A stretch of 64,000 nucleotides of DNA from Camelus dromedarius (Eukaryota), in the NCBI RefSeq assembly GCF_036321535.1, contig NC_087437.1:15378001-15442000 (forward strand), given 5' to 3'. Of this stretch, positions 25,033 through 38,237 are shown piece after piece (position 1 is the stretch's first letter; every line of letters begins with the position of its first letter). Under the pieces are notes generated by a model. The model ran no database searches, had not been told where the DNA came from, and saw only the letters and a list, made by a program, of their open reading frames with translations. A program made the position numbers and the translations under genes.

Positions 25033-28000
25033 AGAAACAAAAGGATTCCATGGCCAAATGCATTCAGGCATCTCTCCATGCTGTACATCCTCTATACGTC
25101 CTCTATCACCCGAGCCCATTAAAGGCTCTGAAAAGTCCTGCAGGAAACTGCCTGTTTGACTTCCCAAGGTTACATAACCAGGGAATCTATACGTGTGTGA
25201 CACAAATCATGACCCCTGGACCTCTTCCGTGCCTTCATTCTGACCTTTCCGTGCCTTCGTTCTGACACTCTGCCTACCTGCAGAATAAGTTTCTTCTGTG
25301 GTCAATGAGGGTGAATACGGTTGGCTGGCGGTCCCAGGAGGACATATTGTAGGATGCTCCTGTGGTTTAGCCTTGAGGTTATGATCTGGGCACATGGCAC
25401 AGAAGCAAAGGTGAGTGCTCTGGAGGGCACGATCCTGGGAAGCTCATCCAGGACCCTGGCAAGATCATATCCCCCACTTCTGACCCACTCTGTGACCATC
25501 TGACCAAAGAACCCCCTACCAGGTAACAGGCATTTCCTGGGGTCCATGCTGTCCTGGTCACCCTCTCTCCAGGCCCTCTACTTTCTAGCCATGCAGAATG
25601 ACTACTGGGTCCCCCTCCACCTCCACTCCCACCCAAACGCTGCTCTCCTTGCCTTCACCCCAGCCACCAGCCTTCCATTCACAAGCCCCTTCTTTAACTG
25701 GCCAGTTCGACCTGTAGGCCTCAGCTCAGATGCTATTGTTCCATGAGATTTTTCTGGCTTCTCCCAGGTCATAGGCCTCTGCTCAGAGTTCCTGCAGATA
25801 CTCTGCTTCCTTCTTCACAAACGTTCCACATATTGTGAGTTTTTTAATCACCTGCCTCCAGCCAGCTGGAGCTCCTCCAAGGCACGGCCGTGGCACCATC
25901 CGTAGCCAGCGTAGTACTAGAGGAGTTGCTGAAAATGATGCTTGAAACTGTGATTCCCTCTCACCCACCCTGGATCTGTTCTGGCATCCTCTTCCCTCCT
26001 CCTGTGGGGAGCTGTAGATCGTGCCCGTTTTCTGCTGCTGAAATGGATGAATCACTTGTCCCCACGTTGGCCCCACAAGGTGAAAACCCCCTCCCAGGAG
26101 CACAGAGGAAGTGCCACAGGGCTTCTGGCCACTTGTCCCAGGAGGCAAGTGAGTGTTGGGCAGGAGGTGCCAGTGCATAGGGGAGGGGCGGGGGAGCTCC
26201 AAGCCCTGCTCTGAGCATCTTCTTGGTTTCTGCCAGCTGGGGCTGCGCAGAGGGGCAGGGTGTGGCCCCCACCTGAGCTGAGTCCTGGGGACCTGAGCAT
26301 CCCTGGCAGATGCTGGGGAAGATAGTGCCCGGCAGCCCCTCCCAGCCCAAACTGCCTGATAGGCTGTGGGATCAGCGAGCCCCGGTGGCTGATGAGGAGC
26401 CCAGGCTCAGGTGGGCCCCTCCTAGAGCCTGAGGGGGGAGGCAGGCAACAGACCTGACACGGTTCAGGTGAGTGAAGGGCCTGAAGTGGGGCCCTGGAGT
26501 CTTCTAGCTTGGCCAGTCCAGCCTAACGGGAAGCCGGGGCAGGGAGGGCCGGTGGGATGGAAAGGCTCGCAGCCCTCGAGGAGCCAATGGGCTGCTTAGC
26601 GGGGGCTCCACAGTAGGTGAGACCTGATGGTCACGCTTCCTCCCAGGTCCAGGGATTCTGGTCTGGGCAAGTCTGGGCCTGATCCCTCCTGTGGCCACTG
26701 CCCAGCAGGGACTCTCCCAGGGGCAGCTTCCCTGCCGGGGCCCCTGGCTGCCTCCCTTAGCCCTCCCGTAGGTCACTGTTAGAAGCTTAAGGCCAGAGCT
26801 GCCAGAGAAATACCAGGGAGCAGAGCACTGTGGGCCTTGGGGTGGGGACGGCGGGGCCCACGGGGTGAGTCTCCAGCTCCTCCTAAAATGCAAACTGACC
26901 TTGCCACTCCTGCCTCCACACCTTCCCTGGTCCCTCTAGGCAATCAGGACAGCGTTCAACCCTTGCCTCCTGGGATGTGGTCTTGACTCCCATTCCTGCC
27001 TCGCCCCTCGCTCTTCTCCACTGGTGAATTACCTCTGTTTCTTCTCTGCCCCAAGTGCTGGGTACTCAAAGGCCACCCCAGCACCCAACTCAGTCCTGCT
27101 CATTCCGCACTTGCTGGTCCAGGGGGGGCATGGCTCTGACCCCCATCCTGTTCCTCCTCCCTGCAGCCCCACAGCTCCCACCCGCCCCCTGCAGCTCAGT
27201 GCATCGCTGAGTGCGCCCCGGTGTCACACGTGACTAAGTTGCTGAGGATCCCCCAGAGCGTCTCCCTAGGGTCCCTTCACAGCCTGCAGGCTCCTGCAGC
27301 ATGATCGCCTGCCTGCGTGCAGGGTCCACCTGGTCTTACCTGGAGCTGTTTCCCAAACTTCCTAAGGAAGCCCTGGCCACTCCTGCTCCTGGGGGGCTCC
27401 CTGAGCCTAGCTGTGGGGCCTTGCTTATGATGTCCAGGCAAGATCTGACACCTTTTATGTTGCTCACATTAGGACTCCTCTATGGGGGCCCAGGCCCATG
27501 GATACTCTGCCCCTGAGCCTCCTTACTTGTAGATTCCTTCCCCACGCCGTGCCCACACCCTCCCCACAGGGCCATTACCATCACCTCCCTGCATCTCTGT
27601 CTTCCTGGCTCTCGGCCTTCTCTGGTAGCATGTTGCCAATGGGGCAGCCTGGGTCCCTTTGTTCCTCTCCCCTCCCTGGCCTGGGCTTGCTGCGTGCCCT
27701 TCCAGTCTGGTCTGAGACATTGCCCTCCTGTCTCTGGGGCCGTTCTGGCCTTGACACCTGCTGCTAGCCTCCCTAAGGTCCTCATGGGAGCTGCTCAAGT
27801 GACGGTTTATGCACCAACAGCTCCCCCTTCCAGTCTCCGCCCCACGGCAGGCCAAGGCTGGAGCCAGGGCTCGCAGTGTGGCCAACAGATCCTGTCCTCC
27901 AGGCTCTCACAGCCTGCTGGGCAAACAGTTTACAAATCAGATAGACCCGTTACTCCGGGAGCTGACCAAGGTGCTCGGGAGCTGGGTGGGCAGACGGGTT

Positions 28001-30404
28001 GCTGACCGGCAGAGGGTCCAGGAAGATGTATTTGAGCCTTTTGTGACTCTGGCCATTTGACCCCTGCCCTTCATCTGCTCAGACCCGCTCCTCCCAGTGG
28101 CCTCTTGTGATGTTCACTGATCTCTGAGCACAGCTTTGGGGGCATGCATGCAGACAGTCCCTTTGCCTGAAGCCGAACATCTGCTCTTTTAACCCCATCA
28201 TGGACTCCACAGGGGCTGAGCTCTTGGTTGCCCTTGGTGTGAGGGCCTTTTAGCTTGGTGTGCAGCACTGAACTTAGGGATTACATGGGGAAGGAAAGGC
28301 TCTGATCTCTAGGAGGAGACCACCCCTCTGGTCCTATGCAGCTGAGGGGCCTCCATGAAGGTCCCCTCCAAGTTCTCTGCCTCCCTCCCATCTGAGCCAA
28401 AGGGCTCACTCACCATTGTTGTTGAAGTGGTGAGCAGATGCATTTGTTGCCAGGGCAGCCTGCTCCAGGCTTTCGTGGGAGCAGAGGGCGTGGTACCTAC
28501 AGCAAGGCCAGTCCACATGGTATCACTGCTGGTCAGTGCTGCCGGCAGCTGGGTATACCAAGGGCCTGGCTCCCATCGCCTTGGGAACAGGGCCAGGCAC
28601 AAGAACACTGGAGGAGGCTGAGCCTGTCTGCACGGTTGAGCCCCACCCTTCCTACTGACCACCTCCAAGTGCGTATCCCAAGGTTCAGGCTGAAGGCTGT
28701 AAGTGGAACTGGGTCACCACCATAACACCCCACACATGGTCTTGCCAGCTCCTGGGCCTCACCTGTGCATCTCACACCAGCTAAGGATGACCCTGAATGC
28801 GTCCAGCTCCCCAGCATCTTCCCACTCTGTCATACTCTCAAGCCTGGTCCACAGGGTCTTTCTGATCTGATTCTGTCTCCTTCAAAACCTGAGCCCCAGA
28901 CCCTCAAAATGCCTCTGTTCCCCAACCAGGCTGTGTTGACCCACATTCTGTGTCTCTACACAAGCTGTTAAGACTATCTAAAATGTCCACCATCTTCCCC
29001 CACCCTCCTCCATCACCAGGGAGACTCAGCCACAGGCCTAAGGCCAAGGGTGGGCACCTCTCCAAGCAAAGTGGAGCGTGTCTGCTCTGTTCCATGACTG
29101 AGGCAGCCGCCATCACACTGCCTGGTGTTTCCTCCACCACCCCCATTAGACTATGACCTTCCAGAGGAAAGGGTCTGGGTCTTCTGTTGTATCCCTAGGG
29201 TTTGGCAGGTGGAATTGCTCAAGAAACACTGAATGAATCAATTGTCATAGTCAAGATCCCTTTGGTTACAAGTTTAGGCAAAAGGAAGTTTCTTTGGAAA
29301 AAAAATCTCATAACTGCAGGAAGAGGAGGGTGTGGGTGGGCCTCAGAGAGAGCTGGAACCAATGGATGCAGCTCCAGGATTCACCTGCATCTCCTGTTCC
29401 CCCTTGACCTCCTCCCTGTGTTGGGGGACATGACAACCAATGGATCCAGAGTTTTCCGGCTCCAGATCTATGGGGGCACTAGGCCACCTCTACACTCTCC
29501 CATTAAAAACCCCAGGGAAGACTGCTGATTGGCCTACCTTGAACCAGTCACCCATCCTTGGGCCGACCCTATGGAGAGGGTATCTAAGAAGACTGCAGCT
29601 CCTTTTCAAAGCCCACGGTTGGAGAAGGATGAAGAGCAGGTCCTGGAAGGAGGGTTCTACCCTGGACAGACAAGACAAAATTAAATGTTGCATAAGTGAA
29701 TGAATGGATAAAGGAATGAGCTAAGAGCAACACACATCTTTACAGACTACGGTCCAGTTTGCAAATCATTCTCACTGGTTCTTACAAAAGCCCTATGACC
29801 CCATACTTTACCCAATGAATAAATGCAGTCACGGTTCCGCCTCTATATAGCACGTGAGATGTGTGCCCTCAGAGGCTTTTTCCCCACAGAAATGTGGGTA
29901 GCCAGATCTCTCCTGGGCAGTCACTGGAGAAAAGAGCAAGTGTTTGCCTGTGAGAGAAGGAAGCGGGGACTCTGCCACGGGTTAACTCCGAGCCCATTTC
30001 TACACCAGCTCCCTGGTTTGAAAATCTCTTGCCATAGTCAGTGTTGTGCATGAGGATATAGCTGCTTCTTTGGGAATCTGAGATCATGCCATCCTTGCTT
30101 TCTGGTTAGATTATGATTCCCAGCGATGATTATCTGAGCTTGTGCTGGAGTCATAAGGGCACAGGACATGGGGGTCATTACAGAACCAGACAAAGGTGAG
30201 AGGGCCTTTGATCTTAGAATCAGATGGCAGCCGAGTTTTTGCCTCATACTATCTCCCCCCACAGACACCAAAGAAAGCACTGCTTCCTCCCATGCCTTTA
30301 TTCTAATGCATGGCTCATTCTCTAGTGCATCGTGATCAGCGGCTTCACTTGCTTCTTAGGGGCAAGGCCTGCCTCCGTTCATCTTATCCTCCCAGAACTT
30401 GGAG

Positions 30405-30920
30405 ACTATGTTAGATTGTTTGCAAAGATAGTTTCAACAACTCCTCTCATCCCCTCGTGCATGCCCCATTGCAATGTGACTCTTCGTCCATTAAGAGGAG
30501 GAGTCAGTTTCCCTACCCCTTGAATTTGAGTTGTCTATGACTTGCTTTGACCACTAGAATGCAGTAGCCTAGTTTCAAGAGGCTCGTCAGCTTTTGCTCT
30601 TGTACTGTTAGAATGTGCTGGGCTGTGTGTGGAGCATGAGAGACACATGGAGTAGACCAGTGCCACTTCAAAGGAGACTCATTAGACTGCTGGCACCAAG
30701 AGTCTGATGGATGAATAAGGCCATCCATCTTGGACCCTGCAGCCCCAGCAAAGCTACTAGAACACTGTCGCCATGCTAACAATCCAGGTGAGACTACCAG
30801 AAGAATCTCCCAGCTGAGTCCAGCCCAAACTGCTAACTCACAGAATTGTGAGCAAGTAAAATGGCTGTTGTTTTAAGCAGCTAAATTTTGAAGTGATGTG
30901 TTATACAGTAATAGATGATG
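30405..30920 (+). mobile_element. MaLR LTR (older MLT1-type)
   Basis: CCCAGCTGAGTCCAGCCCAAACTGC...TGTTGTTTTAAGCAGCTAAATTTTG...TTATACAGTAATAGAT. Confidence 0.7.
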
Positions 30921-30940
30921 GGTATGGAGAAGTTCCTGGC

Positions 30941-31400
30941 TGTAGTGGGTTGAACTGTGTCCCGCCCCCACCCCATGCCCCCACCAAACATGTTCAAATC
31001 CTAACCCCTAGTACCTGTGAATGTGACCAAACTAAGATGAGGTCATACCATATTAGACTGAGCCCCAAATCCAATAATCCAATGGCTGATGTCTTGACAA
31101 GAGAAAGGAGAGCAATTTGGATATAGAGACATAGAGAGCACACAGGGAGGAAAGCTGCGTTACTATGGAAACAGAGGAGGGAATGATGCGGCCATAAACT
31201 AAGGAGTGCTAAGGATGGCTGGGAGCCACCAGAAACCAAGAAGAGACAAAGGAAGGATTCTCTTCTAGTACCTTTGGAGGGATCATGGCCCTGCTGACAC
31301 CTTGATTTCAGACTTTCAGCCTCCAGAATTGTGAAAGAGTAAATTTCTGTTGTTTTAAGCTACCCTGGTTTGTAGTGATTCGTTATGGCAGTCCCAGGAG
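30941..31400 (+). mobile_element. MaLR LTR (MLT1B/C-like)
   Basis: TGTAGTGGGTTGAACTGTGTCCC...CAGACTTTCAGCCTCCAGAATTGTGA...TTATGGCAGTCCCAGGA. Confidence 0.8.
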
Positions 31401-31652
31401 TCCCAGTCCCAGAAGGCGCTAGTTTGACAGTTTTGCTCAGGGAATGCTGGCTGGTTGCATGGAGAAGCTGAGAAGCGGAGGAGCAGAGAAGCCATCCTTT
31501 GGGCACCTTTGCCCTGCGCTGGCTGCAGTCACCATACAGCTGGGTCACTGCTGCCCAGGGCTCAGACATATGCATGTTCCGCCCAGCCCTCCAGGGCTGG
31601 CTCCAGGTGTGCTGGCCATGATGCTCATGCTTTCTTTGAAATGAAGATGTGG

Positions 31653-31673
31653 TGTGTGTGTGTGTGTGTGTGT
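31653..31673. repeat. (TG)n microsatellite
   Basis: About 10 perfect units. Confidence 0.9.
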
Positions 31674-31775
31674 CCGTGTCCACTTTTTTCTGCACAGAAA
31701 AGTAGTTTTATGACCCTTTAAATATGCTTAGAAAAGATAACAAAGCCAAAAGATGAAAAGCAAAATTACCCATAA

Positions 31776-32465
31776 TTTTTTTTATTTTTATTTTTTAATT
31801 GAAGTACAATCAATTACAATGTGTCAATCTCTGGTGTACAGCACAATGTCCCAGTCATGCATATATATACACATATTCATTTTCATATTTTTTTCCATTA
31901 AAGGTTATTACAAGATGCTGAACATAGTTCCCTGTGCTATACAAAAGAAACTTTTTTAAAATCTATTTTTATATATAGTGGCTAACATTTGTAAATTTCA
32001 AACTCCCAAATTTATCCCCTCCCATCCCCTTTCCCCAGTAACCGTAAGATTGTTTTTCTATGTCTGTGAATCTTTTTCTGTTTTGTAAATGAGTTCATAG
32101 TGTCTTTTTTTTTTTTAGATTCCACATGAGTGATAACATGGTATTTTTATTTCTCTTTCTAGCTTACTTCACTTAGAATGACAATCTCTAGGTCCATTCA
32201 TGTTGTTGCAAATGGCATTATTTTATTCTTTTTATGGCTGAGTAGTATTCCATTGTATAAATATACCACAACTTCTTTATCCAGTCATCTGTCTATGGAC
32301 ATTTATGTTGTTTCTCTGTCTTGGCTATTGTATATAGTGCTGTTGTGAACATTGGGGTGCATGTATCTTTTTACATTAGAGTTCCCTCCAGATATATGCC
32401 AAGAAGTGGGATTGCTGGATCATATGGTAAGTCTATTTTTAGTTTTTTGAGGAATCTCCACACTG
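31776..32465 (-). mobile_element. 5'-truncated lineage-specific L1 with standard 3' end
   Basis: L1 3' region with T-rich tail; TSD AAAATTACCCATAA at 31762-31775 and 32466-32479. Confidence 0.9.
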
Positions 32466-32799
32466 AAAATTACCCATAACTTTATCTTCCAGAGACAACC
32501 ACAGTCAACATTGGTTTGTAAAACCTTAGTCTTTTTGTTTATACAAATATTGACACACTATATATGTGATGTGTTGTGTCCTGTATTTTTCACTCAATAA
32601 AATGCCATGGACTTTTTCTGTGTCAATATCCATGAGTCTATTTACTCAGCACGGATTTATTGAATTCCCCCCTTTGTGTCAGACACATGTAACAGTGCAA
32701 TGATAAAAATGACTGCATTCATGGTCCCTGTCCTTGGGAAGTTTATAGCCTAGCAGGGGACACAGGCATCAAGCAAATCATTACACAACTGCGTTTCTG

Positions 32800-33950
32800 A
32801 TTTTCTATTTTGCAACCACTTCAGAGTTACAGAAGCGTTGCAAAAATGATGCGAGTTCTCATATACCCGTTACTCAGCTTCCTTGATATTAACATCTCCC
32901 ACAACTATATTACAGTTCTGAAGGCCAAGAAATTAACATCAGCACAGTACTATTCAGTACAGACTTCCTCATCCACATATGTATATATAAATATGTATAG
33001 TTTTTTTTTCCCTGTTTCAAGATTTAATCCAGTGTCTCATGTCATGTTTGCTTGTCATTTTTCATTAATCTCCTCCAATCTGTGATGATTCTTTAGTTCT
33101 TCAAGACCCTGAGACTTTTTACGAGTACTAGTCATTGACTTTTTAGAAGGTCCCTTAATTTGAATTTGTCTGATGTTTCCTTACGATTAGGTTGAAGTTA
33201 TGCAATATAGGAAAGGATGTCACAGGGGTGGCATGTCCTCCTCAGTGCACAGTATCCGGAGATACATGATCACAATGTGTTTAATTACCGAGGATGTTAA
33301 CCCCTTGGTCACTTAGTTAAGGTAAAATCTGCCAGGTTTCTCCAAAGTTACCCTTTTCCTCTTTGTCGGTAACAAAAATTTGCTTGGGGGAGAGTATTTT
33401 AAGACTATGCAAATATCATGTTTCTTCTTAAACTTTTGCCCTCTGAGATTCATCTCCAGGGGTGGACCTTGCCTGCATAGATCTGGGGTTCTAATGATTA
33501 TTTTGGATTTCCTCATTCCTTCTATATCTAGTAAGTGGAATTCTTCCTATTCTCCTTAAAAGCCAAATGAAACCTGTGAGGTGTCAGAGTTTTGGGTTTT
33601 TTTTTTTTTTAGAACTTTATTATTTTAAAGCAGTTTTTGGTTCACAGAAAGATTAAGGGGAAGGTACAGAGATTCCCCACATGCCCCCTGCCCCCACCCC
33701 ATGCCCAGCTTCCTCACCAACAACATCCCCCACCCCAGTGGCACATTTGTTATAACTGATGAACAAACATCAACACGTCATGATCACCCTAAGTCCTAAG
33801 TTCACAGTAGGGCTCATTCCTGGTGTCATACATTCTACGGATTTGGACAAATGTATGATGACCTCTATCCACCATGATAGTAGCATACAGGGCAGTTTCC
33901 CTGCCCAAAAAACCCTCTGCATTCTGCCTTCTGATCCCTCCCCCATCCCT
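32800..33950 (-). mobile_element. Old L1M(C)-type 3' fragments
   Basis: Typical L1MC 3' UTR phrases, e.g. GGAAGGTACAGAGATTCCCCAC and GTGGCACATTTGTTATAACTGATGAAC. Confidence 0.7.
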
Positions 33951-35484
33951 CCCACCTCCAGCTGTCAGTTTGTACCTGTGCATGGCTGAATTGTAATTTA
34001 TTATAGAAGGTGCTTAGCTCTCACCGGGATGGAGAGGCATCACTGGTCCTGGTCTTGGGGGCATTTCAAGCTGGAGCTCTGGCCTGGCTCATTCTGCTGC
34101 TCTGCTTGCTGGAAGAGCAGGCAGGGCCCAAGGCCAGCTCCACAAGCACTTTGGTTGCTGAAAGGGCAGCAATACATTCTTGGTGGATTCACTGAATTGC
34201 TCTGATAAGGCTGGTATGGAGGAGATAAGGAGCTCAGGCCCGAGCCAGAATCCGGGGAGGAGCTCCCAGCGCTCGGGGAGGGCAGGAGCCGGAGTCCCAC
34301 CTTAGAGCTGGCAGGCTGCGCCCATCACCCCAACTCTCTGGCCACACCCAGCTTTCTTCCAGCGGTGCCCCCTTGCACCACTGCCTTGGCGTTGTGCCTG
34401 GACTGTTCTTACCGTGTCAAGAGGCAGCCTGACACATGGTGGGGGAGGGAGGGGCGAAAGGAAGGGGCAGCTTTCCTTTACCCTAAAGCTCCAACTCAGA
34501 GAGACAAGAGAAAGCTTTCTTTCCTGCTTGTCGGGAAGAAGCCTTCATCCGTGTCCAGGTTAGAGGTGAGGGTGAAACCCTGATACCTGCTCTTGGTTGA
34601 GGGGCAGGTTGCCTCATGCTTTCTGGGGCTTGGATTGGTCCAAATGGCCCCTACCAGGGGATTTTTAAAGTTATGAAAAAAATAAAGCTACCAGAGAGCC
34701 TGGCTGTCAGTGGACTTCCTTCTAGAATCATTTTAAAATTGATAAAAATGACCATGAAAATAATAATGTCCTCATTTACCAAGGCAAATTCTATGCCAGG
34801 GGCTGTTCATACATTATCTCATGTAACCCCCGTGCCAGCTCCCAGAGGTCCAGATTAATAGCCCTGTTTTCAGGATGAGCTTAAAAACCTACTCAGAAGT
34901 TGTATTAAGGCCAGGCTTGTAAGTAGTGACAGATTTGGCTGCCACAGCATCCAGAAATTCACGCCCGGACCACAGCAGACAAGACCCTGCTGTGCGCAGC
35001 ACACGCACTCGTCTGTCTCGTGTTTGTTCTCAGAGGCCCTAGAGCTTTCGTCACCATCCTGGGACCTTGCCATGCTTCCCTGGCTGCCGGGAGCTGTCTG
35101 TTGTGGGGAGATGCCAAGTCCCCAAAAGCTTCTGCCTCCTGAGTCTGGGCCCCCAAAGTGAGTTACCCCTGACTGGTGGACTGAGCCGCCCAACTTCCCC
35201 TTCCCTGGGAAAGGCTTCATTGTAAGTTTGGTTTTTTCATAGTCTCCCCTGCCTCTGTGCTTGACAAGGATCACGCATCCTCAGATATTTGTGACAATGT
35301 AATGGTCACTATTTCTAACATGAGCTCTTTGGAGGCTCATGGGATCCTGTGTTTTCCAGATTCAGTTTTCCATTCATTTCTTGGGGCTCCGTGAGCCCTC
35401 ACTGCACCTGGCACTGCTAGAAGGACTGGGAATCCAGCAATGATGTGGCCCCAGCTTTCCCAAGCTTATATTCCTGTGGGAAAA

Positions 35485-35975
35485 ATCCTCAAGGAACTAC
35501 TAGCAGAATTAATCCCTACAAAAAAGATTATATACCATGGTCAAGTGGGATTTACCCCAGGAATGTAAGCTTTGTGTAACATCTAGAAATTAATATAATT
35601 CTCCTATTGGTTTAATGACAAAAAGCACATGATCACAGAAAACACATTTGACTAAAATCTAACACTGTTTCATGATAAAAGCACTCAACAAACCAAGAAC
35701 AGAAAAGAACCTCCTAAACTTGATAAAGGGCATCTACAAATAACTTATATTTAATGGTAAAAAATAAATGCTTTTCCCCTAGGGGCAAGGCAAGGATATC
35801 TGCTATCATTGCTTCTATTCAGTATTGTACTAGCAGTTGTAGCCAGAGCAGTTAGGCAAGAAAATTAAACACAAGTTACCCAGATTAGAAAGGGAAAAGT
35901 AAAACAATCTCTATGTATAGATGACATAATCTTGTATATAAAAAATCCCAAGGAATCCACTAAAAAACTAACAAG
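35485..35975 (+). mobile_element. Old L1 ORF2 (reverse transcriptase region) fragment
   Basis: CAAGTGGGATTTACCCCAGGAATG (QVGF.PGM-like) and GATGACATAATCTTGTAT (YxDD region), degenerate. Confidence 0.8.
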
Positions 35976-37604
35976 CAGTAATCAGTTATTATACACAGCA
36001 AGGGCGCTTGCCCCTGACACATGCTCCCCTATGCTGCATCGACCTAACAAAGGACTGGAATAAAAGGTAACACCTATTTAACACCTGCCGCCCATGACGG
36101 CTGGGTTTTCCCCAAGTGTGTTTCAGTCGACCTTGGGTCCCGGCATGTCGGCCAGCACTTCTCGTCACGGTGACCTACTTGTCAGGAATGCACACGGCTG
36201 TCTGCCCCTGGCCTTGAGTCAGCTCCCGGGGAGCTCTGACATACTCCTGCCCGAACCTGACCCCGCCCCAGCCTTGCCCTCCCGAAGGTCTGAGGGTGAG
36301 GGGACTCGCCCGCTGCCTGCTCCTGTGAGGCTGTCGGTGGGGCCACCTGAATGCACAAGTGTACTTTGTCCCATCCGTCTGTCTGCCGCTCGCTGCAGAC
36401 ACGGGGTGTTTGCTCCTGGTAGAAACTCTCTTGGGGAAGAGTGAGTGCGTGTGCAAGGAGCCCGTGTACATTTCTGTGTGAATGTGTGTGTGTGTTTAAA
36501 AGTGTGCATGCCTACTTTAGAGTACATGAAGGTTTATGCTGGATGTTTGTGGGCAGATGTGCACGTGGCCAAGCCCGTGAGTGTATTTCAAGTCTGGGGG
36601 TGTGTGTGGTGTGGAAGTGTGTGTATGTGACTGGACTTGCACTTGCAGGTGTGAAAATGTAGGCAGCAAGAGAAGGGAATCGCCACGTGTCCACTGTGCC
36701 GTGTACCCTGGGCTCAGATGCAGAAAGAACTCAGATGGAACCTTCCTTGTAGTCATGGCCCCGCAGCGACGTGGACCCCCACAGCGATGGGGGTCAAGCC
36801 ACCTCCGGGGCTGGAAGCACCTCTTCTGTTCAGGGCTGAAGGTAGATGCACTGAGCTTGGCAAACAATGTCTTTTTACCGAGAGAATGGCCGGCGTTTGG
36901 TGTTCTGGGTGATTGTGGCAGGTGTTGAGAGCTGGCGAGAATGGAAAAGAGTTCTAAAAAGAGGGAGGAGACCCTTTTCAGGGAAACTGTGCTGCCATTA
37001 GGATCACAGTGGCTCCAGGGAGGCCCTGCCTGGGCTGCGGACGGATGCTCGGAGGGGATGTGGACCACCCCAGGCCCACGCCGGGGAGAAGCCACATTGG
37101 GCGGCTGCAGACACTGCAGAATTCAAGGAGGGTGTCCTTGGAGATCCCCATTTCTTCCCCCTTTACAGTGCTCCCTCACTTCCTGCCCCCTGCCGCGACC
37201 AAAGTCCAAGTTTGTAAAACTCTCCTTTTCTTAACACTTCTGTCTGGAGAGATTCTTTCTTCAGATACATGCATGGCTCTTTCCTTTACCTGCTTCAAAT
37301 CTTCACTCAAATGTCACCTTCTCAATAACCACCCCTCGAAAATTGCAACCCCTGTCACCCTTCACCTCGCTTTTCAACTCTTCATCTCTCTGGCCCTCTT
37401 CCATTTTCCCCAGAGCTCTCATCACCTTCTCACACAGTGTGGCCCGGCCCCACGAGAGGATATGAGCACAGAAACTGAGTGTAAGCAGATGGAAACTTCT
37501 GTACTTCAAAATCTACAGCAATTTGACTTTGCCCAGAAATCCAAATGCAGATTGGAAAAAAAAATAAACTGGCCTTTTGCACAGGCAGTATAAGAATCAT
37601 TGTT

Positions 37605-38237
37605 GTATGCAGTCGCTATAGAGGACGGTATGAAGGTTCATTAAAAAACTAAAAATAATCCACTCCTGGGCATATATCTGACGGAAAAATATAATTCGAA
37701 AAGACGCATGTGCCCCAATGTTCACAGCAGCGCTATTTGCATTAGCCAAGACATGGAAACAACCTAAATGTCCACAGACAAATGACTGGATAAGGAAGTG
37801 TGATATAGTTATACAATGAAATACTATTCAGCCATAAAAAAGAATAAAATAATGCCATTTGCAGCAACATGGATGAATCTGGAAATCATCATTCTAAACG
37901 AAGTAAGCCAGAAAGAGAAAGAAAAATGCCATAGATATCACTTATATGCAGAATTAAAAAAAAAAAAAGACACAAATGAACGTCTTTACAAAACAGAAAC
38001 AGACTCACAGACATAGAGAACAAACTTATGGTTGCCAGGGAGTAAAGGAGATGGGAGGGGATAAATTGGAAGTTTGAGGTTTGCCCCTCATGGGGAGTGA
38101 TGGAAATGTTAGGTATCTCAATTGTGGTGGTGGTTGCATGGGTGTAGACATCTATCAAAATTCATCAAATTGTACATCTGAAATATGTGTAGTTTACTGT
38201 ACAGAAATCATACCACAATAAACTTGTCTTTTTAAAA
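37605..38237 (+). mobile_element. 5'-truncated L1 with chimeric 3' end (copy B)
   Basis: Translates MKYYSAIKKNKIMPFAATWMNLEIIIL (L1 ORF2 C-terminus); TSD AAGAATCATT(G/A)TT at 37592-37604 and 38238-38250. Confidence 0.88.

Larger units (their letters stand above)
23135..28060 (+). pseudogene. Candidate decayed multi-exon gene of unknown identity
   Basis: AG/GT-bounded segments 23135-23391, 24608-24738, 25284-25410, 26018-26148 and an AG-preceded segment 27903-28060, with compatible phases, protein-like translations, stops and one frameshift. Confidence 0.35.
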
